Assembly: GCA_046563655.1 (NCBI GenBank)
Contig: CM102285.1
Span: 14,694,001 to 14,758,000, forward strand
Source of the DNA: Yuukianura sp. NJ FZ-2021
Lineage: Eukaryota
Reading direction: 5' to 3'
DNA: 64,000 nucleotides
Shown: positions 13,642 to 26,110 of the stretch, piece after piece
Layout of the letters: the number at the start of each line of letters is the position of its first letter
Position numbering within the stretch: the first letter of the stretch is position 1
Notes under the pieces: generated by a model
Told to the model about the DNA's origin: nothing
The model's input: the letters and a program-made list of their open reading frames with translations, nothing else
Database searches by the model: none
Made by a program: the position numbers and the translations under genes

Positions 13642-15819
13642 CTTGTGAAATGGTCGAGACTGAAACAGCGAATGAAAATTCCAATTTGAAATCAAATTAG
13701 TCCAAGTATCAAGAATACCCAAATGGTCAATTCCACTTACTGATTTGGTAGTGACGAGGGAGAAATAAGGCTCGAGGTCAAAGGTCACTCAACAATGAAA
13801 TCCTTGAGTATAAACGATGAAAACAAAAACAAAAATCGTGAATTTGAAATTCAAAATTGAGAAAAGACAATTCAAAAATTACTTTTTTGTTTATTGTTGA
13901 ACCACTCATGTGATTTGTTGGTGCGCAACTTGGTGTCACGCAAAATACGTTTGCGGTAACGATAAGCCAACCCGGATTATCTCGTAAGTTTATACAATAT
14001 TGTACCTATTTGAATAGACTTTTCAAATTTTGACAACAATCAAATTTACGATTTGGATATTATTTTCAAAATTTGGAAAGGGTAAATTTTGTTGTCCGAT
14101 GGATTTCCAAAACCGATGCGGCGCGTTAAAAAAAAACATTTGTGGAGCCACAAAAATTTGCCGGATTTAATTTGATTTTGGCGCCTCTTGAACTTTTAAA
14201 ATTTTTCAAAATGAGACAAAATATTTTTACAAAAATGTTCAGTACATTAGCAACAATTATTTCTAATTATTGTTCCTTAGCTATTAATTAGCTATAGTAA
14301 TTCGCAGTTCTTAGAAACCAATTCATTGGTGTAATTAATTAGTTTAGGACTAATTGAACACTTAATTACATGTCTTTATACATGCGGAGAAGTACGAGTG
14401 TCTCCCTCCTTTGCCTGTAGCCTCAACAACGTTACTATTTGATTCCCTTCTCTTTTTTCCACACATTTTTTTCCATACATTTTGCAACATTATCCACTTC
14501 AATTTTACTCCTCTCATCAGTCAGTTGCTGCGAAGACGTTGCCCTGGTTTGACCTTTGAAGGTATGTTGCTCAATTCAGTTAATTCATAACCTAAGAGGA
14601 GTCTTATTCATATCCATTTTACATCAATCGTTTCAATTTAGTACAAAATACTCTTATTAGTGTACAATTTGTGTTTGTTTTCAGCCAAGGTCAAAGTGCA
14701 TTGACGTTTGTCCAAGGACACGGAATCAACCCCTTCGAATTACCTCATCACCCTGGAGCTACGACTGTAGCATAAGCCGGACGGATTCTAACGGGAATAC
14801 AGTAACTGTATGTCAAGTATTCACAAATTCACATTTCAAATGTCATCGTATGAGAGAGTGAGAGAGAATGGTGACAAGGAACATATGGTTTCTGTCTAAA
14901 CTTTTCAAATACCGGCTGTTCATGTGTTAAATTCTCAACTAATTACTAGTTGACTAATTCAGAGTTCAGTTAACTTTAGAACATCTTCCCCGGTACAGAC
15001 TTTATCCTTGTTCCTACTTCCTGGAAGCAACAAACGCAGAAATACCGGGATTTTGGACCACAATGGACGAAATCATTTTTGGACGTTTTTTTTTGTCTTA
15101 ACTTCGGTCATTTTCTACTTCTCGGAATCAAAGTTCCATTGACGTTGTTGGTTTTGAATAACGTGAGCCGGGTTCGGGTATGTCCAAGAAGATATACTCG
15201 AATCTCCTCCTTCGCATTGTTGCAATGTACCTAAGATCATCTTCATCATGATTTCTTTGAACAATGTACGAAGGGGGAGATTTTAGTGGGTGTTTGTTGC
15301 GAATCGGATTAACAACGTCTCCTGCTGACCATATCGTTGCCAAATTCCTATCCATTCCCTTCCTCATTACATGGACTCATCTTCTTCATCTCCTCACTTT
15401 GACATCCACGTAGAATTTTAATTCCACAACTCTAATGCTATTGTATTCATGGTTTAAGGTAAAAATCCACCACACATTAGTTTCTGTTGCGGTTGAAGGA
15501 AATGACTTATAAGTACTTTGTTCTTAATTAATTCTAGCATAAACCCACATGCATATTCATGGTTGATCAAAAACAGACGGCAGGACACCTCACCCTCTCC
15601 TACATCAATCACACAACCAATCCAAGTAAAAGTATCCTCTGCGTCTGCATCTCCTCCATTTTTATAGACGTAATTTTTATGTCTCTTTCCTTATGGGCGC
15701 ATGAATTATAAAAGATTCGCTCAATTTCCATCTATAATTCGGCATTTCCACTCCCATTTCCTTTATTTCAAAATTTCACCTTTATATTTCCCAAATTTCC
15801 TTCTAATATTCCAATATTC

Positions 15820-16096
15820 GTACCAGGTCATTAGCGCGAAAACAATATGTCCTAAACCAATAAGCGCGAATTGAGCAAATTGGCAATGGCAACAGTGGAA
15901 TGCAACTTATTGGCGTTAGGCTAGGTTTTTTAAAACTGTGGGTTAAGTGTAATTGGTAATGTAGGTACAGTGTTGCCAACTTGTGAAATCGGTAATGTAG
16001 GTACAGTGTTGCCAACTTGTTTCATGGTTAATGTAGTTTCGGTGTTGCCAACTTGTGGAATTCGCGGCTATTGTTTTCGCTCTAATGACCTGGAAC
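15820..16096. mobile_element. MITE-like element with about 28-bp terminal inverted repeats and an internal triple tandem repeat
   Basis: gtaccaggtcattagcgcgaaaacaata pairs with tattgttttcgctctaatgacctggaac (2 mismatches). The internal unit ggtaatgtaggtacagtgttgccaacttgt occurs about three times. No clear target-site duplication. Confidence 0.65.
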
Positions 16097-17993
16097 TCCC
16101 ATTTTTCGAAATATGCTACCCATTTTGCAACTTTTCTTTTCAATTTTTACTTTTAGAATTTTTAGTTTTTAGTTTTAATCGGGAGTGACATTGATCAAGT
16201 GGAACTAATTTTTTTTAAATGCTGGTTTTAAGCTGATCTTAGCACAGACTGACTCCAACCTGTGAATGTTGACTATGACAAGTGTATTTCACTTTTTGTG
16301 AGAAGACAAAGACATTTAGATTCAAGAATCCAGCCACTTTAAAACCCGTTTTTTCCTCCATTGTTTGACAAGAGAATAGACTGGGGCTCTTTTTTATTAA
16401 ATGTTAAATTTCTGACAAATTCAAACTTCAACTTCAAAATTTCCTTTGAAACGAACATGTTTTTCATGCATGTTGCCAAAATAAGATTAGGAACTTGGAC
16501 TTAACATTCTCCTTTATCCTCATCTTTCAACTTTAAAAGTTGAACATGGACTTTTATAGCTTAAGGATTCAATTTCTGTGTAACTACAGTGGATATGGAC
16601 ACATGGCTAAAAAGTTAAAAGTTACAAAGTTACGCAAGTCCAACTCTTCAAGGTTGTCCTTGTCATATGCCACCGACCGGAGTTTGTAATCTGTCTTTTG
16701 ACTTTTTAGTTTTGAGGATGCAATGCACTCTTTTAAACTGTAAAATGTACAGCGACAGAACAGGAGACTAAAATGCTAAGGTGATAAGTTTGTGCTGAGT
16801 GGACAATAAGAAGATAAAGTTCTCAAAGTCAATTGGATTTGGAGTTGGTGTTAGATTTAACTTTTTGGGTTTAGGTCAAAGTGACACGTTGACATGACAT
16901 GGACGTGGACATGGTGACGCTACACTTTCTGGCTTATCTTATATTTCAGTTCCAACTTTTTAAAAGTAAAAAGTAACTTTTTAAAAGTTTTAACATCTCC
17001 ATTCAATTTTTACTTCTGCGTAAATATTTTATTACACAGGTTGAAGTCGTTCAATTTAAAAACTGAGCAAAAACAATTTCAACTGCACTTGGGTTGTTAG
17101 TTACAAGCATTTCTGTAGCTTTAAAAAACTTTTTTTGAATTTCGAAATTTTAAAATGTATGAATTATTTTGTTGCATGGAGCTAAAAGAATAAGGAGGAA
17201 AAGAAATTTTGATAAAGTGGACAGGAAGTTGTAGATGTAGGGGAGACGAAAGAGTTTAAATTTTAATCAATTTTTATTGTTGTCTAATTTAAGCGTTGAA
17301 GAATCAAAGTAGTTGAGACTTTTGTTCATTTGTGTCCATCCTTATTCCAAACTACTATGTCTTTTTTTGGTTCACTTTTTAGTATATGCCGTTACTTGGT
17401 TGAATAACATAAGAAGAGGGGAGATGAAGAACTTTTGGAATTGGAACAATGAACTTCAAAAACTTAAAATTTACAAAAGAGTAATTAAGTCTGAGGAGCT
17501 CAAGAATGAAAATGACGTCATTAGTTTTGCAAACACGAAGCATCTCCTGCTGTTTCCAATTCTAATTCATTTTTGGCTTTTTTGCAATGTACGACGGTTT
17601 TAACAGTTGCAGATTTTGGTTTTGCATTGGGGAAGGGGTGAAATTTAAGAATTCCACACTGAAAAGTTAAGGATTGACTGAAGTTTGGCCTCGGGCGAAA
17701 ACTGTCAATCCACTATGACTTGATGAGACTTTGGATTTAAGAAGGAGACGAGAGATGTTAGGATGGACTTTGCTTTTAAGTTTGGAATTGGCTTTCAAGA
17801 GGTGTGAAGAACCTCTTAGGGAGGAATTCACTTTTAAGTGTTTTTGGATTCTGAAATAGTTTTGGTCAACTGAGACACTTATTGATATGCTTGAGAATGA
17901 CACGGATGTCCACTTTTGGATGTTAAATTTTGAAATTTTGTGGTTTTTGGTTTATTTTCAGAGTTACTGTAACGACTCGGCTCCTGTGTAAAA

Positions 17994-20900
17994 ATGGACC
18001 CAGGATCCTCTTCATCATCCTCCATGGACTTCCATGAGCCAATTCTTCAAGATCATCACCAGAGACAGGATATGCAGTGAGTTAAAAATAAAGTTAAAAG
18101 TTAAAAAAGTTAAAACTTTTAACTTCAAGTTTCTCCCTTTTTTTATGTTTTGTCTAATCTAAGTTGCTTCCAGTGCACAACATGAGGACACTGGAAGCGT
18201 CGAATGAGAGAATGAATGGAGGGAATTTAATACGGATCGCTTCCTTTTCAAACATGATTAATTTCGCAGAAAGCAGTGCAGAAAAAAATGTTTGCGCTGT
18301 TGGTGTTTGCTTAGACTCGTGTGTGCGAGTTTTCAATTTGGAGTGACATGTGGTGCTAAGTATTGAGTTTTACGACGACACGGTTATGCAGTTATGCTGT
18401 CCACGGTGATGTGACGTGGAAATTGCGGAGATATAAAAAAAAGAGAGGATCTTGCTGAGACAAGGTCGGATGATTTGTGTTTTTGTGGTTGGTGAACAAT
18501 GCGAATAGTAAAAAAATTGTTAGTTTGCGGGGAGATGCGGTTTTAACATGAATATAACAGGAAAAATTTTGCGCATGTCAAAAAAAAATTCAAAAGAAGA
18601 AGTTTTATTATGCCTTTGTGTTTACCGAGTTCATTTTAGTAAGAAGATGAAAATGAAAACTGAAAATTTCAGATTAGAGTTGATTTTGGAATTTTTGATT
18701 TTTTTTTAGATACGACGAGGCATTTCCAGCGCTACCACCAAACCCATCGGGCCAAAGTTCCGGACCGACTTCTGGCCTAAGTTCACCGGGTAACTCGTCG
18801 AAATGGACGCAGAAGATGCGTGTGGGAACGACCGTGACGAGTGTGTTCAACATTCCATTTGAAGAGCGGAGTGACCGTAACCAAGGAGACCGATTTGGAG
18901 AGTTGGATCCCATGAAAGTATGTGCGGAGATCACGAAGCAGACGGACGCTCATATTGAAATGTCCAGTTCAGCCAAGGACCAGTCTCTCACTTTTTTAAT
19001 CACGGGGAAACAGGTTAGACATATTCAGAAATTTTTAAGAATTTTAAAAAGTTTTTGTCAAAAAAGTTGAATTTTTTGTTTGTTTTTGTTATTAGGCTCA
19101 TGTTCTTGCTGCAAAGCGTGAAATCTTGGCTCGGTTCCAACAACAAGCTCAAAAATCAATTACAATTCCAAAGGAACATCACCGATTTTTGTTGGGACCG
19201 AAGGGGTCGCTCCTGGGAGAACTGGAGAAGAATACTGGGACTAAAATCAGCATCCCACGACCTGGAGAGGATTCGAACGTTATCAACATCACTGGCACGA
19301 GAGAGGGAATTGAGAAAGCCGTCCATGAGATTCGCCTTATTTCTGACAAGCAGTCTAAACAAGCCTCTGAAAAAATTAGTATCCCCAAAAAGTACCACCC
19401 ATTTATTTTTGGCCCTTACAACGAACGAGTTCGTCAGTTGGAGACTGAGCTCAATGTCAAGATCAACATCCCACCGCCACCAGTCATGAAAGATGAGATC
19501 CACATCTCTGGAGAGAAGGAGGGCGTGGCCAAGGTCCTTGACATCCTCAACAAGGACCACAATGACTATGTAAGATGAGAAATTTAAAAGTTACAGTAGA
19601 ACCTCTCGTTTCGCAACTTGTAGCTCCGCCTCTCCTGAAGTTTTTAGAAATTTAGTACAGCAGAACCTCTCATTTTGCAACTTACAGCTCCGCCTCTCCT
19701 GAGTTTTTAGGGAATGTATTCCTTACCCCCTCCCTACTGTGGACGGGGATGAGGTTTAATGGGTTTTGCCGAGCCTTCGGGGTGGGGATTACTGGGGTTT
19801 TATACATCTCGCAAGTGGGAATTGTGGGGATTTCGTTTTTCTGCCAAAAACGCCTAGTCAGATTACAAAAACCGGGTGGGGATAGCGTAAAAGTTAAATT
19901 TTTGGTTATTTAGAGAATCCACTGTATTGGGGTTTACAGAACACTTGAGTTTACAGAAAAAAAGTTAAAGTGGCGGGAGTTTACTGAAAACTGGAGAAAA
20001 AACTGCAATATCTCAGATGTATTGGAATTTAGAGCCCTACGGTACCCGTAGAAATTCATGTAAACCAACCAATCACAGCCAAGCGTGTTGCGAAATGAGA
20101 AATTCTACTGTAACTTTTTTTGGAAACTTTTTTTGAATGTTTTAACTTATGAAATTGATTGATTGTAATTTGATTTTGAGCAGAAGCAATACAAGACTGT
20201 TTCAGTGGAAGTTGCGAACTCTCAGCACAAGTATGTAATTGGGCAAAGACGGGCCAACATCTACGAAATTCTGCAACGAACTGGAGTTTCAGTGGAGATG
20301 CCTGCTGCTGGAGACTCGGATACCATTACACTGCGTGGTCCTGGAGAAGTCCTTGGAACGGCCTTGACAATGGTTTATGAAAAAGCAAACAGCGTCTCCA
20401 CAAAAGTCGTCCAAGCTCCAGACTGGTGTCACAAGTACATTGTCGGCAAGAAGGGAGTCAACATTCAAAAGATGACGGCTAATTATCCTAAGGTAATCAG
20501 CTCATTTCAAAACTCAAATTTTTAAAAAGTTCAAAAGTGGGGATTTCAAAATTTTGAAATTTTGTAGGCTCACGTGGAAATCAAAGACAATCAAATCGTA
20601 ATCGAGGGTCCAACGGAGGAAGTAGCCCCGCTAACTGCTGAGCTTGAGGCCTGTGTTCGTGAATTGCTCGACTCTAAAACTTTTAAAGAAATTGAAATTG
20701 ATCCAAAGTTTCACAAGTACATCATAGGGAAGAAGGGAGCAAGTGTGAACAAACTGCGTGATGAAACTGGAGTGATCATAACCGTCCAAGACCTCACTTG
20801 TCCAATCATCAAATTGGAAGGATCAAAAGCTGGAGTTGAAATTGCGGCTGAACGGCTTATGGAACAAGTTGCCAAATTGGAGAATGAGAAGGAGAAGGAT

Positions 20901-23900
20901 TTGATCATTGAGCACCGATTTCATGGAAATCTCATTGGACCGAAAGGAGAAAAAATCCGAGAAATCAGGGACAAGTTCAACCAAGTTCAAATCAGTTTTC
21001 CACCGCCAGGAGAGAAGCGTGACGTGGTGACTATTCGTGGACCGAAAGAAGATGTGGACAAATGTGCTCGCTATTTGACAACTCTGCATAAAGAGATGGT
21101 TGACAATTCGTACCAAATCAAAGTGCCAGTCTTCCCTCAAACTTATCGACTTGTCGTTGGAAAAGCGGCGGCCAACATTCGACAAATCCGAGAAGAGACG
21201 GGAGCGAGAATTGAACTTCCGCAGGTTCCTTTAGATGATCGAACGACTAAAAATAAAACGGAGGCGGAGATCATTGTGATCACGGGGAAGAAAGAAGTTT
21301 GTGAAAAAGCGAGAGATAAGATCCTGAATTTGCAAAATGGACTAGCGAATGTGGTGGAAGTAGATGTGATGATTCCGAATAAGTTTCATAATACGCTGAT
21401 TGGATCTGGAGGGAAAATGGTTCAGTCGATATCGGAAGATTGTGGAGGAGTGCAGATCAATTTTCCGGATGCGAAGAGTAAGTCTGATCGTGTCATTCTG
21501 GTTGGACCAAAGGAGGATGTGGACAAGGCCAAGGCAACTCTGTTGGGTAAGTTTCAAAATTTTGAAAAAAAAAAGTTTTGAAAAAAGGTTTTTTTTAGAG
21601 TTTTTGAAATTTTGGAACTTTTGAAACATGAATTTTGGTGTTTGTTTTAGAACTGAGTCGAGAACGGGAACAGAACAGCTACACGGACACTGTAGAAGCC
21701 AATGCTCAACAACACAAGTTTTTGATTGGAAAAAACTACTCTAATATCAGACGAGTAAGAAGGTTTTACTTCTTGGGAAAAGGATTTTGGAAGTTTTTTG
21801 AAATTTTTTTGAAAATGTCATTTTTTGAAAACGTTTGTGATGTTTTTAGATCCGGGATGCAACTGGTGCTCGTGTAATGTTTCCTGGAGAGGGCGATGCC
21901 AATCCCAACCTCATCACGATCATGGGCCGCAAAGAAGGCGTCAGTGAGGCCAAACAGCAGCTTTTGAATGTAAGAGAAATTTTTGAAAACTTTTAGAAAA
22001 TGTATTTTTGAAAATTTTGAAATTTTTTGATGCTTAGATGCTCAAGGACTTGGACAAGGTGACAGAAGTTGAGATGGACGTGGATCCACAGTATCATCGT
22101 CACTTTGTCGTCCGCAGAGGAGAAGTCATTCATCAGATTTCGGAAGAATTCGGCGGAGTCCAAATTTCTTTTCCAAAAATCGGTACCAATTCGCACAAGG
22201 TTGTCATCAAGGGTAAGCGATTCAAAAAAAAAGTGTGGTTTTTTTGTTTTGTTTTTTATGTGGAATTTTAAGGACGTGTGTTATGCGCCTAATAAACAAT
22301 GTTTGTTTTAATTAGTAACTACGGTAATAGCACTTGTTTAGTTTGTAAAAGTCGCAAACATCGGCAAAAGAAAGCGCTGTCGCTCAAGAAACCTGGGAAA
22401 GTTTGAATTCGGGTGGGAAAAAATTGCCGCCTTTTGGTTTATGTAAACAACTTTTCCGAGACAGTGACATTGAAATTGAAAAATGGCGTGGCTCAGCGTA
22501 GGAAGGTCGTACAATGACCAACAATATATCAAACTTTAGGAAAAGACTTGATCTAGTACCCTGTCGGAGAAAATTACACAATTTTAGTTCTAACTGTGAA
22601 AAAATTGACTCAAACATTCCACCTCCATATTTACATAGATAGAACTAAAATTTAGTAATTTTCTCCGACAGGGTACTAGATCAAGTCTTTTCCTAAAGTT
22701 TGATATATTGTTGGTCATTGTACGACCTTCCTACGCTGATCCAGACCATTTTCCATTTGATGAGTTACAGCCGCATTTTGACCCCCCGTTTCCAGGGTGT
22801 TCGCACACCTTAAAATGTGAATTTTGATTTTGATGTTTAGGAGCTCCGGAGTGTGTGGAAGCAGCTCGGAAGAGAATCGAAGGGATTGTTGATGATCTGG
22901 TTCAGCGCGTGTCACTGGAAGTCGTGATTGAGCAGAAGCATCATCGGACGATCATGGGAGCCAAAGGTATTTTATTTGTTTTATAAAAATTATAGAAATT
23001 ATGGCTGAAATTATGGAAATTATGGAAGTTATAGGAAATTATAACTGGCATTATGCAAGTTATAAGAAATTATAGAAGGTATTGGAAATTATAGTCATTA
23101 TAATTGCAATTATAGTTAAAATTATGGAAATTGTAATTGAAATTATGAGAATTGTAATTGAAATTACGGAAATTATAGTTGAAATTATTGAAGTTATAGT
23201 TTAAATTTTGAAATTATAGACTAGTAATGATTCTTTTTGTTTGATTTAGGTGCTAAAGTCCAACAGATCCAAATGGACCATAATGTGGACATAAAGTTCC
23301 CAGAGCGTCAGGACGATCCGGAGTACGTGTCTGAGCAGAATGGGAACGGTGTTCGGTACTCCGACATCATCACGGTGTCTGGTCGCCGTGAAAACTGTGA
23401 AGGTGCCAAAGAGGCACTTCTGTCCCAAGTGCCTGTCCGAGTCGAAGTGGAAGTTCCCTACGACCTCCATCGTTTTATTATTGGTAAGTTACTGGGATTA
23501 ATCTAAGTTTAACTAATTAATTAACTAATTAATGAATGTATTTGCTACTGACAGGGTCCAAGGGAAAAGACGTTCGTGATATGATGCACCAATTCGATGT
23601 GAATATCACCGTTCCACCACAGGACCATCATTCGGACATTATTGTGGTAAGTTTGAATTTTTGAAAAAGTTTTTGTGATTTTTTTCAAAATGTGATGACT
23701 TTTTTTGTTATCCAAGTACCCGAACTCATCGTGTCGAGATTAAGTAGCTGATTTGCTAACTTTTTAAAGAAATTTTAGTTCTTTGGGGCGGTTTTTTTTA
23801 ATTTTGAATTGTTTTCAGATTATGGGTTCTCCGAAGAATGCTGCTGCTGCAAAGGATGCTCTGTTGGCCAAGAAAGATGAGCTGGAAGAAGAGAAGAAGA

Positions 23901-24912
23901 CGAAGGAACTCAAATCTTATTGTGTCAGTGTCAAGGTTGATCCTCAGTATCATCCCAAAATCATCGGTAAGCAAAAATTTCATGCTTTGATACGTTTTTG
24001 AAAAAGGAAATTTCAATTTTGAAATCGATTTTCAAAATTTTCAGGGCGCAGAGGAGCAGTCATCACTGGACTCCGGGACAAATACCATGTTAATATCCAA
24101 CTTCCACAAAAAGATGGAAGTAACACGGAATTTGATGTCATCACGATCACTGGATTTCAGGATGAGGCCAATGCTGCTCGTGACGAGATTTTGAGCATCG
24201 TCAACGAATTTGTAAGAGCAAAAGGGGAAAAATGCATTTTTTGAAGAAGTTTTTGAAATTCGTGTTTCAGTTTTTGACTAAAATTCTGTTTTTTGTTTCA
24301 GATTGACATGGTGAAGGAGGAGGTTGAGATTGACCATCGTGTCCATTCGCGTATCATCGGCACGCGGGGCAAGAACATTCGTGAAATCATGAAGGACTTT
24401 GATGTAAGTTGGCAGATTTTGAAAGAAAAATTCAAAAAATTTTGAAAATGTTATGTAAAACGGTAGTAATTGATTGTGAATCGTCTGTTTTTTGCTTTGT
24501 TAGGTTGAAATTCATTTTCCGCGTGACCATCCAGAGAATCCGAACTTGGTAGTGATCAGTGGGAACAACATGGACAGAGTTCTGGATGCTCGTGATCATC
24601 TGCTCAATCTGGAAGAGGAGTACATGCAAGATGTGAAGGAAAATGAATACATGCAACAGTATGTGAGAGATCCAAAACAAGACAAGGACAAGGCTTCCAA
24701 AGAGAAGAAAAACAACGGATTCGTTGTCACGGGTGCTCCTTGGGAACAAGCGCCGGATACTCAGGTAGGTCAAAGGTCAACTATAATTTAGATTAATCGA
24801 TTAATTGTGATTTATGTTTTGACAGAGTAATGAGGAATTTCCGTCAATGATGGGCAACGGAGTGAGTAACTCGAGACCAATCAGTTCGGCCTGGGGCGGC
24901 CGCAAACACTAA
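17994..24912 (+). CDS. HDLBP: Vigilin / HDL-binding protein (multi-KH RNA-binding protein)
   Basis: The start exon 17994-18076 splices in frame to YDEAFPALP. Many KH GxxG loops follow (HRFLLGPKG, HKYIIGKKG, HGNLIGPKG, HNTLIGSGG, HPKIIG). C-terminal APWEQAPDTQSNEEFP..SAWGGRKH*. Non-coding 5' exons probably lie at about 14400-14800. Confidence 0.95.
19594..20110. mobile_element. Tc1/mariner (pogo-like) non-autonomous MITE in a vigilin intron
   Basis: Terminal inverted repeats CAGTAGAACCTCTCGTTTCGCAAC and GTTGCGAAATGAGAAATTCTACTG, flanked by TA on both sides (19592-19593, 20111-20112). The left end is duplicated at 19658-19702. Confidence 0.8.
22272..22809. mobile_element. TTAA-flanked non-autonomous element with a long internal palindrome (foldback; Kolobok-like GG..CC ends)
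   Basis: TTAA|GGACGTGTG ... CGCACACC|TTAA. Internal perfect 85-bp inverted repeat at 22493-22577 and 22655-22739, with imperfect extensions. Confidence 0.6.
22980..23225. repeat. Degenerate AT-rich intronic minisatellite (gaaattatg/gaaattata, about 9-nt unit)
   Basis: Visible tandem units. A similar array lies at 44580-44790. Confidence 0.75.
23692..23751 (+). ncRNA. Candidate intronic box C/D snoRNA (18S rRNA guide)
   Basis: C box GTGATGA (23692-23698), D' CCGA (23720-23723), C'-like GTGTCGA, D box CTGA (23748-23751) and a short terminal stem caaa/tttg. The 12-nt GTTATCCAAGTA is complementary to metazoan 18S UACUUGGAUAAC. The D box is 67 nt from the 3' splice site. Confidence 0.6.
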
Positions 24913-26110
24913 ATGAAGAACTGACGACGAGGAATTCAAAATAAAACGAATTGGGCTTCTTAAGATTCGATTTTTGTTCAGTTTTTGGTTAAGGCTTATC
25001 CATTTTTGCTTCCTTGCAATTTTTTGACTCAATCTGCCCCAGAATGAGTGCTAAAATTTGTTAAACTTATGTTTTTTTTTGTCGAAACCCAAAGTCTATC
25101 CCAGTCTAATGTTAGTCTATGATTTTAAATTTAAGGTTCTCTCTTTGTTTTTCCGCTTACTCAAGTGTCTCCTGTGCTTAAAACTTAAATTTGGTTTGAC
25201 CTTTGACCTTATTGATAATTGCCAACTTAATTAGTAATGTAAGGATTGAGTTGATGATGGAACTCAAAGGCTGCTGCTCCTGCTCACATCAATCGACTAA
25301 ACTTTTCATCTTTTTTTCACACTGAAAGAAGAGAAAAATTGTTAAAAAACAGTGAATTTAAAGTTAAACTAAAAAGAAAAGGTGAAAAACAGACTCCTTA
25401 TGAAGGGTATTTTTGTAAGTCGGGAAAATCAAAGATTATTATTATACATACATTATGCAGAAAATAAATATATCGAATCGGGAATAAACTGGTTTGTTAA
25501 TTAGTTGATTTGTTGATTAACTTAAGTTAATTCATTAGCTTAATTGTGATTTATTTATTTATGAGTCATGGCCGTCTAAAAACTTAAATTGGTCTTCCGC
25601 ATTGTTGCTAAAAACGAATTTTTTTTTTTTGACGAGTGGAGTTGAGTGTGTGCGCTGAAGTTCACTTTTTCTTCGAATGTAAGAATCACCTGATCGGTTG
25701 ACATTTGACAATCAAGAATCAATTAATCATTAATCAATTAACTAAATCGAAGATTTTACAATTTGTGTCATTTGTGATTAACATTTAAGCAGAAAGTCAG
25801 TTCTGGATTAGTGGAGACGGAGAGAAAGAAGGTGAAAACGAAAAGTGTGAATCACCTGGACAGACATTTGTTAATTTACTGTACAACTCAAGGAGCACAG
25901 CTGATCAATCAGGTAAAATTAATTAACTAAGGTAATCAAATTCTTCATTAGTTAGTTAAAAAAATTTCACTGTCGTTATCGTAATCCAGTGGCTCTAATC
26001 TCTGGATATCACGCAAACAGTAAAGGTCAACGACATCGAAACGTATTCAGTTCAATTTTTCTAAAAAGTTTCAGTATCTGGAGAAATAGTGCTGCTGTGG
26101 AATTAACGTC

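Noticed and set aside
15128..15367. 79-aa minus-strand ORF in the vigilin 5' intron region
   Set aside because: No recognisable domain, and stops lie immediately upstream. At best a decayed fragment.
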